Assembly (NCBI GenBank): GCA_951406725.2
Contig: OX597836.1
Span: 26,164,001 to 26,228,000, forward strand
From: Octopus vulgaris
Lineage: Eukaryota
Direction of reading: 5' to 3'
DNA length: 64,000 nt
The notes under the pieces: model-generated
The model's database searches: none
What the model was told of the DNA's origin: nothing
Seen by the model: only the letters and a program-made list of their open reading frames with translations
In this document: one piece after another, positions 12,811-27,209 of the stretch
Position numbering within the stretch: position 1 is the first letter of the stretch
Layout: every line of letters starts with the position of its first letter
Position numbers and translations under genes: made by a program

Positions 12811-13421
12811 AATATTTTCACACGTGCGGTACCATGCAAGTTTATTTTGTAATATAATATATATATATATATATATATATTTAATTGAACAATTCTTTTT
12901 TGACAACATTGAAATTAATTCCGTTTATTTGGACTTGCTGCAGGGAGCCGTCAAGTCAAGCGGTTGGGAGATATTATGGAATGAAGATAGCGTAAGTTTT
13001 CCTGCAAGGTGGGTGCACATTTTCACTAAAATCGTGACGTGAAGGTCTATTGTAATGAAAATCTCAAGAGTAGGTGGGTCGAGCGGAGAGGTAGATTGGA
13101 ATACGTTCTACAGTTCACCAAACCAAATGCAAATATATCTTTCTTGTGGAAGCATTTAATAGATATCCCCTTAAGAAAACTGGCAATGGTGAATCAAATG
13201 AAATAACTACTGAAAGAGAATGTATCTACATAATAATTACAATGATTTGTGGTGATTGTAGTTACATTGTCTCACATAGTTAACATTTGGAGAAGAATCG
13301 CTTCTACGAATATCTGATGCGACGGACACATCTACTCCCCGGTGAGACATTATGCCATATGGAGCTGAGCCAAGGTGAGAGTATATATATATATATACAT
13401 TGCGCCTTGTTGTACCACAAC

Positions 13422-13460
<39 letters not shown>

Positions 13461-13466
13461 CATACG

Positions 13467-13880
13467 TTAGGGGTTATCCTTCCGGCGGATATCATTATAT
13501 AGTGTCCTAGTTAAAGCATCATGACTCATCGGAAGATAATACCGTGAAGATATTTTCGGACAACTGCTTATGATGTGGGTGATACTTTCGGCATTAACTC
13601 CACAAAGTCTGCATCGGTTGTCACAGTTTACTGTTTTTCCTGAATCTCTGTCCCCTTTGTGCATTAAGTATTTGGTTGATATTTCCTGTCCTTGGATTGC
13701 AAATGTATACCCTTCAAAGTGGGAGGTAGCAATCCGGTTATTGGTCGATGATAGACTGCTTTGATGATCAATGCTACCATTATCTTGGAGTTTCCTACTA
13801 ACATAGCCATGCATGGTCTTCTGTTCATATATGCTCATCTTTTCATCTGATGATACGTCGCGGTAGAGACGTGCGACTTC
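13467..13880 (-). mobile_element. RLE-clade non-LTR retrotransposon fragment (CCHC zinc knuckle region)
   Basis: MHG..EGYTFAIQGQEISTK..CRLCGVNAESITHIISSC..YLPMSHD. Confidence 0.85.
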
Positions 13881-14033
13881 TTTGTATGTATGTATGTATG
13901 TATGTATGTATGTATGGAATAGCTGCCATTCTACTACATATCTGGTAAGTTCACTGTCATCAAATTACCGTTTGGTGGGGGGGGGTTCAACAAAATAGTT
14001 TTTAATTGTTAATGGTGTGATACTAATGGTGTA

Positions 14034-14198
14034 GGCGCAGGAGTGGCTGTGTGGTAAGTAGCTTGTTTACCAACCACATGGTTCCGAGTTCAGTCCCACT
14101 GCGTGGCATCTTGGGCAAGTGTCTTCTACTATAGCCTCGGGCCGACCAAAGCCTTGTGAGTGGATTTGGTAGACGGAAACTGAAAGAAGCCCGTCGTA

Positions 14199-14260
<62 letters not shown>

Positions 14261-14460
14261 TGTGTCTGTGTTTGTCCCCCTAGCATTGCTTGACAACCGA
14301 TGCTGGTGTGTTGAAGTCCCCGTCACTTAGCGGTTCGGCAAAAGAGACCGATAGAATAAGTACTGGGCTTACAAAAGAATAAGTCCCGGGGTCGAGTTGC
14401 TCGATTAAAAGGCGGTGCTCCAGCATGGCCGCAGTCAAATGACTGAAACAAGTAAAAGAG
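14034..14460 (+). mobile_element. tRNA-derived SINE family B, full length, with internal (TA)n
   Basis: A box TGGCTGTGTGG, B-box-like GTTCAGTCC, CORE-like CTTGGGCAAG, tail GAAACAAGTAAAAGAG; multiple copies. Confidence 0.9.
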
Positions 14461-14883
14461 TATACTATGGATATATTTTCTCAGTAAACTTTCCTCGCGG
14501 TGAACTTTCTTCACGGTGAACTGATGGCGGTCAACTGACCTGTAATCATTCCACTGCGTTTAGGGGTCTTTAGGAGTTGAGACTCGTATGTCTAGGACCC
14601 TACTGCTGCGCCAATTACAGAATACCAACCCCAGAATTACTGACTTTCTTAATAGTTTCGCCTGTAGGGATGGTGCTGTGTCCACGGCCTTCGGATGCAG
14701 CGCTCCGAAAAAGGGGAGGCAGACATTATCTTGGATGATTCCAAGCTGACTGCAGCAGGAACAAAACAAATATGGACAGTACTGGAATTCCAGGGGGCGG
14801 GGGATAGGATATTCTTGAAAAGAAGGATTGAGTGTAGTGATGCAGTGGCCTACATACATACATACATACATACAAACATACAC

Positions 14884-14914
<31 letters not shown>

Positions 14915-15080
14915 TATATATACTGGTGGGAAGACGAACGAATCAGCTGTGCATGAGTGGAGGAAATACAAGACTAGCCAATTGGAGGAGCAGAGTCTAT
15001 TGTAGTAGCGGTTGAAAAGATAGAGAGAGAGGACAGAGCAGGATACCTTATTGCACATGCTCTTCATTATATTTATAATA

Positions 15081-15232
15081 TTGGTTTCAAATTTTGGCAG
15101 AAGACCAGCAGTTTGGGATAGGGTAGGGGCTCAGTCGATTACATCGACCCCAGTGTTTAACTGGTACTTAATTTATCGACCCCGAATGGATGAAAGGCAA
15201 AGTCCACCTCGGTGGAATTTGAAATCAGAGTA
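15081..15232 (-). mobile_element. SINE family C fragment
   Basis: Reverse complement of the ctttgcctttcatcc..ggggtcgataaattaagtaccag block. Confidence 0.75.
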
Positions 15233-15608
15233 TAAAGAGAGACATTATATTTGTAATATTGATTTCTAACATTGGCACAAGACCCATATTTATAGAAGAA
15301 GAGTAAGGTCGAAGGGGGAGATTAAATATTGCACATTACAACTACACCGCCTTTGCATTGATTTATGATATCGATTCAATTGTATTGATAAATTATTGCT
15401 TCATAACAACGCCCACCATTCACTGGTTCATTATGATTTCTTGATTGCTGGAGGGTGGCGAGAGTGCATTCAGGTGAATTGAACCGACTTTTTTTTATTG
15501 TGCTTAAAATATCGACCCTGGAAGAACGAAAGGCAAAAATCATACCCGGCAGAATAGAGGAATGAAACGAAAATATCTTATACATTTTACCCTCTTTCTC
15601 TCTCTCCC

Positions 15609-15650
<42 letters not shown>

Positions 15651-16447
15651 TCTTTTGCTATCTCCATCTCCATCTCTCTCCCTCTCTTCACCACTTTCTC
15701 CCACTAGCACCCTTACTTAATTTCTCCCCCACCTTTGTTTCTTTCTTCCTCTCAATCTCAGCTACCCAACCGTGTCCGCCTGCTCAATAATACCAATTTG
15801 TTTTGTTCCAATTGATGGTTTAATGCTAGAATGCAGACGATCTGGTTTCCATTTGCGGAAGATACAAGCTAATTCCTCGAGGACAATTCTCCTTTCATGC
15901 TTACAGCAACGCAGTAAACAAGAAAAAAACCCAATACGTTTCGTAGACTCATCTCTTACAACGCTATGATACAACTTTAACGTATACAAAACGAAATCAT
16001 GCCAAGCACTTCATGGTTAAACAGAGAACTCTCTTTAAATTTGTGCCATTCTAACAACAAACTTCATTGACAGAAATAGGTCTCGCTTATCTTATTCCAC
16101 ACAAAGTATTTTTATTCCCAAATCCCCAGACATAATCTCTGTCAAGAATTCGTGGTTCCTTTCTTTACTTCCGTCCGATGTACCCTAACCACTGTGTCTC
16201 AGTTTTTCAACAGATCTGTTGTTTTCCGCATAGTGTTGGATTTCAAGTGTAGGATGTATAGCACCATTCCATTGAATACAGTACAAGCTGTCCCTTATAT
16301 ATGTGTATTATAAATACGCACACACATAGATACTCATACATACACACATACATATAGACGCTTCAAAGTTTGTTTATAAAAATGCAAATATATTTACAAG
16401 CAATATTAAATCTCTGAGCGAGAAGTAAACAGTAGCAGCACGGAATC

Positions 16448-16846
16448 GTGAAGTATATTTGCCAGCTCAATATGGCGCTCCCATAGAGGACGATGCTACT
16501 GTTGTTTATAGCCCCCGGGAAGACATATACACCAGCTGGCTAACGACATACTGTCTGTGTCCGATTAGTATTTGCGAAGGAAGATCATCGTTCCCATCTC
16601 TAGCCTTACGTGATGCACACAGACCCGGGTATGTGGGTAGTAACCCGTCATCAGTGTGTGGTAATCACTAGCTAGCGACGAGAACTCATTCCACACGCAA
16701 AATACTATATGATTACCCTTCGCAAATACTAATCAGACAGACAATGTGTCGTTAAACAGATGGATGAGGTGTCCTCCTGTGGCTATAAACAACAGAAGCA
16801 TCGTCTCCTATGAGACCGCCATATTTAGGTGGCAAATATAATTCAC
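16448..16846. mobile_element. MITE-like element with about 135-bp imperfect terminal inverted repeats
   Basis: tatatttgcc..gatgctactgttgtttatagcc..gattagtatttgcgaagg mirrored by ccttcgcaaatactaatc..ggctataaacaacagaagcatc..ggcaaatata. Confidence 0.8.
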
Positions 16847-16877
<31 letters not shown>

Positions 16878-16947
16878 TGTATATAGATAGATAGATAGAT
16901 ATATAGATAGATACATACATACATACATACATACATACATACAAACA

Positions 16948-17033
<86 letters not shown>

Positions 17034-17454
17034 GCGCAGGAGTGGCTGTGTGGTAAGTAGCTTGCTTACCAACCACATGGTTCCGGGTTCAGTCCCACTG
17101 CGTGGCATCTTGGGCAAGTGTCTTCTACTATAGCCTCGGCCAGACCAAAGCCTTGTGAGTGGATTTGGTAGACGGAAACTGAAAGAAGCCCGTCGTATAT
17201 ATGTATATATATATATGTGTGTGTGGGTGTATGTTTGTGTGTCTGTGTTTGTCCCCCTAGCATTGCATGACAACCGATGCTGGTGGTGTTGAAGTCCCCG
17301 GTCACTTAGCGGTTCGGCAAAAGAGACCGATAGAATAAGTACTGGGCTTACAAAGAATAAGTCACGAGGTCGAGTTGCTCGACTAAAGGCGGTGCTCCAG
17401 CATGGCCGCAGTCAAATGACTGAAACAAGTAAAAGAGTAAAGAGTAAAAGAGTA
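17034..17454 (+). mobile_element. SINE family B, full length
   Basis: Near-identical to 14034-14460. Confidence 0.9.
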
Positions 17455-17471
17455 ATATATATATATATATA

Positions 17472-17790
17472 TATAAAATATTATTAGAGACAAAACCACT
17501 ATTTTGCAAAACAAACAAGGAAAGACTTAATCAATACATAAAATTTTAATAAATAGTCAAAAAAACCGCCACTACAATCGTTTCTTGTCTTGATCGACAA
17601 TCTTCAGGTGGACTTCCAATAAGTCAGTTTGAAACTGACTTATTGGAAGTCCACCTGAAGATTGTCGATCAAGACAAGAAACGATTGTAGTGGCGGTTTT
17701 TTTGACTATTTATTAAAATTTTATGTATTGATTAAGTCTTTCCTTGTTTGTTTTGCAAAATAGTGGTTTTGTCTCTAATAATATTTTATA
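17472..17790. repeat. Perfect palindrome, 159-bp arms, 1-nt spacer (17631), inside (TA)n
   Basis: Arms are exact reverse complements around aagtcagttt-g-aaactgactt. Confidence 0.95.
17651..17693 (+). ncRNA. Type I hammerhead ribozyme, canonical core (mirror copy 17569-17611 on -)
   Basis: ccac CTGAAGA ttgtc gatcaa gacaa GAAAC gatt GTA gtgg. Confidence 0.85.
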
Positions 17791-17872
17791 ATATTTTACT
17801 ATAAAATTGGATTTAATCCTAAATCTGATTTTTTTTTTCCCTGTAAATTTGGATTTATTCCCTAATATTTAT

Positions 17873-18475
<603 letters not shown>

Positions 18476-18539
18476 TGGAAAATGAGTGAAATCCTTGATA
18501 CAGTTAGGTATATTTCAAAAAGGAAAAGAATGGCTTCCC

Positions 18540-18753
18540 TGGTAGTTCTAATCAATTTGATATATTTTTACAGTTTGGTTTTAGATTTAGTAAGTTCTTT
18601 GCTAACTTTTCTGGTGAACTTTTTCACATTCATTGGTGGCAATCGTCAAACTGATCAAATTCTCCCCCACCAAAGCTAACAAAGAGCTTACTAGATTTAG
18701 TAACCCAAACTGTAAAATTATATTATGAGAAAAGTAAATTGATTAGAACTACC
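18540..18753. repeat. Old imperfect fold-back element between (TA)n tracts
   Basis: tggtagttctaatcaattt / aaattgattagaactacca and ttttacagtttgg / ccaaactgtaaaa. Confidence 0.7.
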
Positions 18754-18767
18754 AATGTAGTATATAC

Positions 18768-18869
<102 letters not shown>

Positions 18870-18891
18870 TATTATCATTATTATTATTATT

Positions 18892-19368
18892 ATTGAGTGA
18901 GAGAGCAGTGCATGCCATCAAAGTGACACTGGGGTAAAATATACGAAGCCCAATATACCCATCATGACTACCCGTCTGATAAAGGTACACCAGGCACATG
19001 CATCACAACCATATGTGCGCGACATGGTGATCTCATATCAAGATAAACAGCACATGACCTTGCAGGTGGGGCCCAGTTAGAATTTTCTTCAGGTTGAGTA
19101 GCCCATCCCGCTCAAAAGGTCCCTGAATAAGGGTTGTTTAAGGATGTTGAAAGAACCACCCATGTTTCCAGAGGTGAACTATTCAAACCCCAAAGAATCC
19201 CTCTCAACACATGGCTATGATGCTCCCCCACTACTTCTGCTCGTGATCAGAGATGCACATATCGTCAGCCACTAAGGTACATGCTCAACTGGTTAAGGTC
19301 AAACAACTGACAAGCAAATCTGTGGTATTGAGCAGAATATTTGCTGTAGCCCATCTTTTATACCAAGA

Positions 19369-19370
<2 letters not shown>
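18892..19370. mobile_element. Interspersed repeat next to (TAT)n; second copy 21828-22177
   Basis: About 270 bp shared with 21828-22097 (cccatcccgct..aaaggtccctgaataa..ataccaagaca). Confidence 0.8.
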
Positions 19371-19427
<57 letters not shown>

Positions 19428-19622
19428 GTTTGACTTTTGCTTTATGTCTGTACAAGTTGGCTCCAAGTCTCACCCAGAGACCTCAAGAGACAACAGGTTG
19501 GAAGTTCACGTTGTTGTTATGCCTAGTGTGCCATATATTTGGGGTTTTGGGATGTTGTACTAGGGAATGTCTAATACATAAAAAAAATAAATATAATAAA
19601 TAAAAAAATAAAAATAAAAAAA

Positions 19623-19677
<55 letters not shown>

Positions 19678-19828
19678 TTGGCAACTCCTATTTCAGGATA
19701 ACCTTATTGTATGGAATAGGCATAGAAAATTATACCCAATAAAATAATAGAAACATTTAATAAACCTACTATAAAATACGATAAAATTATTTGAAAAAAA
19801 TTCTTGAAAAAATCTATATAACTTACTC

Positions 19829-19877
<49 letters not shown>

Positions 19878-20532
19878 AAGGATGTGTTATAATACTATTC
19901 CACATATACAAAAGCAGCCATACCAACAATCCAACACACCACCATCAACAGCTGTCCCACGGATATCATTATGGTTTTGACACCTAGGCAGCACCATTCA
20001 ATCCGGCGGTGTCAACAGCACTAAAATAAGTGTTGTTTGGGAACAAACATACCAAAGAAACTGCAAACAACCTGCACAAAGGATTTGTTGTTTTTCTACA
20101 GAACAAAACGCAGACCCCACACCCTAGTATAGGAATTCAAAACACGATTTAGCGATCGTGAGTGTAACACCCTAACCACTACCCCATGCGCCTTCACACA
20201 TATAGCGTGTGTGTGTGTGTGTTTTATATACGACGGGCCCCCTTCCGTTTCCGTTCACCAAATTCACTCACGTGGAGTTGATCGACCCGCAACTATTGTA
20301 GAAAACAATTGCCCAGTAATCTGAGCAGGTGGCCTGAACCCGAAACTGCGTGGTTTGAAACGCGAGTTTCTTAACCAAACAACCCTTCATAAAATCTTAA
20401 TATTTTCGATTCTTTTAATGAATAGTTCCCCCTCCCCCATCAAAACAATCACTAATCATCCTAATAGGATGGAAAATATCACAACCGATGTTCATGAAGG
20501 ATAGGAAGCAGTGACATACATAAATACATACA

Positions 20533-20600
<68 letters not shown>

Positions 20601-20616
20601 CATAGGTATATATATG

Positions 20617-20651
<35 letters not shown>

Positions 20652-20679
20652 ATATATATATATACACATACATATATAT

Positions 20680-20753
<74 letters not shown>

Positions 20754-20920
20754 ATATATACATACATACATACATATATATATATATATATCTTATAATT
20801 TGTGAAATTAAATGTTACGAGCTAAACGGGGAAATATTGATTATTTTAAAAGCGATCACATGATTTACAAATTATATTCCCTCTTCCCCGCAAGAAACAA
20901 ATAATAACAGTAACGATCAC

Positions 20921-21003
<83 letters not shown>

Positions 21004-21021
21004 TTATTATCATCATCGTTA

Positions 21022-21075
<54 letters not shown>

Positions 21076-21505
21076 CATTATTATTATTATTATCATTATT
21101 ATTATTATCATTATGGAGGAAGAAAAAAAGGAGGCGGAGGGGTGAAGTATGAGAAGGAGGAGGATTAGGAGGAGGAGAATGGCAACAATGATGCTGATGA
21201 TGACGACGACGATGATGACTTTTTTCTTCATTGGCTACAAGCGCTGTAGAATACATTTAGATCAATACAAAGACAAAGAACATGGTAAACGATAAAAACA
21301 ATAATTTGCAAAAAATATCTGAACGAGATCCACATTTAATGACATTAGATCAACCCCAGTACACAACAGGTACTAATTTTACTGACCGTGAAAGAATGAA
21401 AGGCAAAAACGACTTAGGCTGAATTTGAACTGAGAACGAAAAAGCGAATGAAATGCTGTTAGGCATTTTCCCCAGCGTACCTTACGACTCTGTCACCTCG
21501 TCACC

Positions 21506-21668
<163 letters not shown>

Positions 21669-21682
21669 TACTATTATTATTA

Positions 21683-21760
<78 letters not shown>

Positions 21761-21827
21761 CTTCGTAATACAGTGTAGGTAAAAATGCACCGGTGTCTTT
21801 AGTCATCTGTCAAGTTACAACAAGGAC

Positions 21828-22177
21828 CCCATCCCGCTGAAAAGGTCCCTGAATAACGGTTATTTAAAGATGTTGAACAAAATACACATGTTTCCAGAGG
21901 TGGATTATCAAAACCCCAAAGAATTACTTTCAACACATGGCTATGATGCTCCCCCTCTACTTCTGCTCATGATGAGAGATTCACATATCGTCAGCCACTA
22001 AGGGACATGGTCAACTGATTAAGGTCAAACAACTGACAAGCAAATCGGTGGTATTGAGCAGAATATTTGCTGTAGCCCATCTTTTATACCAAGACATAAG
22101 AATTTACATAACACTTCCAATCAGTTAAGATTAGTAGCCATGAGAGCCACTGTCTGGTACTGCATCAGGGCATTTAT
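21828..22177. mobile_element. Second copy of the 18892-19370 repeat family
   Basis: Direct alignment by eye. Confidence 0.8.
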
Positions 22178-23089
22178 TAAGACAATCACTTGGCTTTTCC
22201 ATGTAATTGAAACACACTTCGTCCTCAATAAACGCTTTGTCACTTCGTCTTCCTTCAGTTCGTTATGTAGTTTTATTAGTTCTTCGTTCGCATTTTTTTT
22301 AAGAACTTCAGAAGAAATTCAGTTTAACTTGGAATGGTTCCTCCCCTCCTTCTCCTTCTCCTCACACATGTTGTTTGTCTTCCTCGGGGCGTATTCCTTT
22401 GGCCTTCAGCAATCTTTTCAGCATTCTGCCATCTTTTGTTCGCTTTCCATTTCCTCTTCATCATCAAAGCATGATGGGAAAGTGCTGATGGTTATGTCAG
22501 AGAGCGAGGGGTCACTAGGCCTCCTGGTTGGTTCCTGGAATCGTGGATGACATGGGTGCTTTCACCACTGCCCAATAGCGCCCTCAGAGTAGAACCTCTG
22601 TAGACAACTGAGGCCGTTAATATATTAATTTATTTAGTTGGGGTTTTTTTTCCAATTCTTCAGGGCAGAAATCTCTGAAATAGTCTGTATATGTAACAGC
22701 TGAGCTATCTGGCCTGAACGCTTTTCTCTCGGTACCTACTTGTGCGGCACAACTCTGGGGGCATTTTGTGGCCCTGTAGAGTAAAGAAAACTCATATTTG
22801 TGACCACCTACCGTATGAGAAAAGGAACCACTTAAGCTCGCTGTCAACGTCGGCACCGATGTCTTTTACGATGACACTTGTGTTTCTTCGCCCCAAATAT
22901 TATGACACTAATTAATGAACATGTGTAGGATGCACAATTTTGAATATTTCTCCTCTGCATACTTAATTTTAAAAATAACACACACGGTGCTATGTGCTCC
23001 ACACGCTTTATGTAAACAAGTCACCTACGTATCGGCGAGGTTAATATAAAAAAAGACAAAAAAGATAAAGCATACTTCTTGAGCACTAT

Positions 23090-23400
23090 GGACTTGCAAG
23101 GACCGCATCGGACGCACTTCCCCTCCGATCCGTCGTCGCGACCCGTTTCCCGTCGGGCCGGTAGGCGCGCGGCGTCCGCAGGTCGCAGACGAGCGCTTCT
23201 CTCGACCGGGCCCGTCGCTCCACGAGAAGCGCAGGCACGGCTAACCGACAGAGACGGGCAAACGCACCTCGCCCTCAGCAAGAACGACGCAGCGAGTCGC
23301 GCGCGCTTCTGCGCGAGCGACGCGGCCGACCGCGCGTCGCTTTTCCCTCGCCAGAGGGAGGCGCGACCGCAACGCGCGCGCGCCTCCCTCTGGCGAAGGA
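23090..23400. other. GC/CpG-rich island with strong hairpins
   Basis: Abrupt GC rise; 18-bp perfect stem 23348-23365/23379-23396; further stems gcgcttctc/gagaagcgc and agcgacgcg/cgcgtcgct. Confidence 0.85.
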
Positions 23401-23409
23401 AAAGGACAC

Positions 23410-23490
23410 TTGATCGCCTGGTCCAGGAATCGAAACCACAATCTGACGATCATGAGTCCAGCACCCTAACCACCAAGCCGCACACCTCCA
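23410..23490 (-). mobile_element. tRNA-derived SINE head
   Basis: tggaggtgtgcggcttggtggttagggtgctggac..ggtttcgattcctggaccaggcg. Confidence 0.7.
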
Positions 23491-23755
23491 CAGCAAGGCA
23501 TGCCTCTAATTGTTCTTTGAATAGCTCAAGTAAGTGTCCGCATAGGTAGGCTAACTTCCCACATTCGTACGTCTGTGAGATAGCTTCAGATAGAAAAAAA
23601 CATCTATTTTTGACGCATAATGCTGCCACGCTGTTTTTTCATTCGTCTAATTGCTGCAAGCCTGCAGCTTCGCTATTTCAAGTTTTGCATCCCAAAAAAG
23701 CTGGCGCTCCATTTATGTCTTCCTCGTTATTTTCATCTGCCGACGATTGTGTGTC

Positions 23756-23809
<54 letters not shown>

Positions 23810-23820
23810 CGTGTGTGTAC

Positions 23821-23860
<40 letters not shown>

Positions 23861-24484
23861 CTGCAAGCGCTAATGCTTTGTTGTCGAAAAAAATCACTAG
23901 AATTTTTCATAAAAATGCTATTACTGATAGATGTTATCTTTATTCCTTCAAATCCTGCCTATCTTACCGTACAATTGCACAATATTTTTGTTGTTTTACT
24001 TTTTCTTGAGTATTCTCAATGTTTTTTTTCAAGTGCAACAGAAGGAATTAATTTTCATTTACGATCTTATTTCAGACAGAATCTTCCAAAGTCTTAAATC
24101 TTAATTTTTCCAACAACTTTTACTTTATCATTTTTTTATTTTTTTTTTACTTTTACATTTTAATTTTTGCTCTTCTTCGTAACATTCGCCATTCTGTTGC
24201 TACTACTTAACAACAGTGAGCTCCACAGTTCTGTCAGTGGTTGACCTGAAGCCCCAGACACAGTGCGTTAACAGTGACAGGATATTGACATCCATTTCGT
24301 TTCTGTGGATTATTTCATTTAGCGATGAGGAAATCAGGTCCATCATTAGCTGACCTTTAGTTTGTTCGCCAAACTTTCGCCAGTCACTTATGTCGCCATC
24401 TACATTCAACAAACTGCGCTAAATTATCATGTGACATAATACTAACTAGACTTATATACAACGTCCCCTGTACTGCAAAATATT

Positions 24485-24695
24485 GATTTCAAATTTTTGC
24501 ACAAGGCCAGTAATTTCGAGGGTGGGGTAAGTTGATTACATCGACCCCAGTGTTCAACTGGTACTATTTTATCGACCCCGAAAAGAGGAAGGGCAAAGTC
24601 GACCTCGGTGGAATTTGAACTCAGAACGTAACAACGGATGAAATGCCGCCAAGCATTTTGTACAGCGTGCTAACAATTCTGCCAGCTCGCCGCCT
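24485..24695 (-). mobile_element. SINE family C, full length
   Basis: Reverse complement of head ggcggcgagctggcagaa and central block. Confidence 0.85.
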
Positions 24696-24712
24696 TCTTT
24701 GTACTGAAAATG

Positions 24713-25181
24713 AGAATTAAGAATATAGTGAAAAGAAAATAATAGGCGTAAAAAATGTTTTAGGTTAAAAATTAGAAAAAAATATTTCTACGGCCGTTTC
24801 AGGGGCTCAGTCCTCTGAGTAAAATGTGAATCTTAAAATTCATTTTCAGAGAACGTCTCCTTCATCAAGTAGAAAGTGATGTTTACGGTAGAAATGCATT
24901 CAGCGCGTTGCCAAGATTTATCTATGCAAATGGTGGAAGTCTATATGCATAGATATATCTTTTCTTCCATAAAAGATTCCAGTTACCTCATATCTTGGCA
25001 ACGAGCTAAATGCATTTCTGCCCTATATATCACTTATTCCCTGATGAAGGAGACGTTCTCTGATTCACATTTTCCTCAGAGGATTGAACCCCTGAAACGG
25101 CCGTAGGAATATTTTCTTCTAATTTTTAACCTAAAACATTTTTTACGCCTATCGTTTTCTTTTCACTATATTTTTAATTCT
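24713..25181. repeat. Diverged inverted repeat (about 200-bp arms, about 74-bp spacer) with an HHR in each arm
   Basis: 24713-24917 vs 24992-25181. Confidence 0.88.
25035..25111 (+). ncRNA. Type I hammerhead ribozyme with extended stem II (degenerate mirror 24783-24873 on -)
   Basis: tattcc CTGATGA agg..ttctctga/tcagagga..cct GAAAC ggcc GTA ggaata. Confidence 0.8.
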
Positions 25182-25491
25182 TCTTTTAAAAACATTTTTA
25201 TCTATACTTCATTATATCATTACTATGTTCGTATATTCATATATTTATATACTCCTATATATATTTTAATATTCATATTTTTATATTTTTACATGTATTC
25301 TTATACGTATTTTAATATATCAATATATGTTTTTTGGAGAATTCTTTATCTTAAATTAAATCCGTATAAATACATGTTCGTCGTAGTTTGCCTGATTTGA
25401 ACTTTCTCCATTCCATTTATTATATTTGTCTAACATCTCAGGTTCAACTTGAGCACTTCTGTGTCGTCTGTATCTTTCGTAAGAAAAATAC

Positions 25492-25591
<100 letters not shown>

Positions 25592-26549
25592 GCTCATGGA
25601 AGGAAAGGTGGTTTTACGTTTCGAGCAAAGCTCTTCTTCAAAAACAGGAGACAGAAGAAAGTCCAAGAGAAAAGGAACACGGAGGAAAAAATCACCAACG
25701 ATCCACCCCGTCTACCAAATCCGCTCACAAGGCTTTGGTCGTCCCGAGGCTGAAGTATGTGTTTGGGAAGAGAGATTCTTACCACACAGCCACACATACT
25801 TAAAATCTAAAATAAACTATGAAAATTATAGAACTAAATTGTATTAAACAGATTCAAATTTATTTATACATCTCCATAGCAAAGTCTGTTTGATATTTAC
25901 TAATCCAATTAACATACTCAAAAATATATCTCACTCCACTGTTTGTACAGGAAAATGTTAATAGAATGAAAATTAAACAAAGACAAGTAAAGAACATGGT
26001 TTTATTCAACAGATACAGGTACAAATTTAAACAAATCTAAAGCAGAGCAATGTTTAATCATCAACATTTTGCTTAAAAACTAAAGAACAAAACTATATTT
26101 TTAACACAATATAAGCACATTAATCCACTACGAAAACAACGTCTGCTTACCTAATACTGTATATAGTATGATGTTGCACAGTATTTCCGGATTTCTGGAA
26201 ATTCCGGATTTCTGGAAATTCCGAATTCCTGGAAGCCGTTAAAGCGGTTCATTACTGTTGTATATTATGAAAGTCTACTTTGGCATATGTGAAAAAAAAA
26301 AGGGTTAATTCGCTACGGCAGAACCTAATTCTCATTGAACTTTGTAAATATAGGATGTCGTTAAGTGTCATTGAGTGTGTGTGTGTGTGTGTGTGGCGTG
26401 TGTAAAGCTGTTCTACTTACAATCCCTGGCAGGTGGCGTTTGGTGTCATTAGATTATATTACAGCTAAAACAAAACTAATTCTTCTTCTTGCCGGGATAC
26501 TATTTCAGAAGCAAGATCAACGATAAAATTAATGAAGTTGGTAATAATG

Positions 26550-26613
<64 letters not shown>

Positions 26614-26645
26614 TAATTATAATGATGATGATAATAATGATGATG

Positions 26646-26716
<71 letters not shown>

Positions 26717-26717
26717 A

Positions 26718-26770
<53 letters not shown>

Positions 26771-27209
26771 ACTTTCAAAACAGTGAAAGTAAGAGCATCA
26801 CAACAACCCACAGCAGCACATACCTAAGGCACGCAGAGCTGCGCTTGGTAGTGCGGTGAAAGCACGTGATAAAAATAAGACTACTGAATAATGATGATGA
26901 TGATGAGGAGGAGGAGGAGGAGAAGAAGAAGAAGAAGAAGAAGAAGAAGAAGAAGAAGAAGAAGAAGAAGAAGAAGAAGAAGAAGAAGAAGAAGAAGAAG
27001 AAGAAGAAGAAGAAGAAGAAGAAGAAGAAGAAGAAGAAGAAGAAGAAGAAAGAAGAAGAAGAAGAAAGAAGAAGAAGAAGAAGAAGAAGAAGAAGAAGAA
27101 GAAGAAGAAGAAGAAGAAGAAGAAGAAGAAGAAGAAGAAGAAGAAGAATTTCTAGTGAAGGCACAAGGCCATGAAACTTCGGGGGAGTGGACGAATCAAT
27201 TACATCGAT

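Noticed and set aside
15762-16290. Non-repetitive stretch with short ORFs (similar cases at 9480-9975, 22180-22860, 24203-24412)
   Set aside because: No motif I can assign; probably old transposon debris
23079-23549. 156-aa Arg/Ala-rich ORF
   Set aside because: Explained by high GC content; it runs into a SINE head and has no recognisable domain
26180-26235. Three 17-bp quasi-palindromic repeats (ttccggatttctggaaa), CRISPR-like at a glance
   Set aside because: No spacers and eukaryotic context; more likely a MITE subterminal repeat remnant
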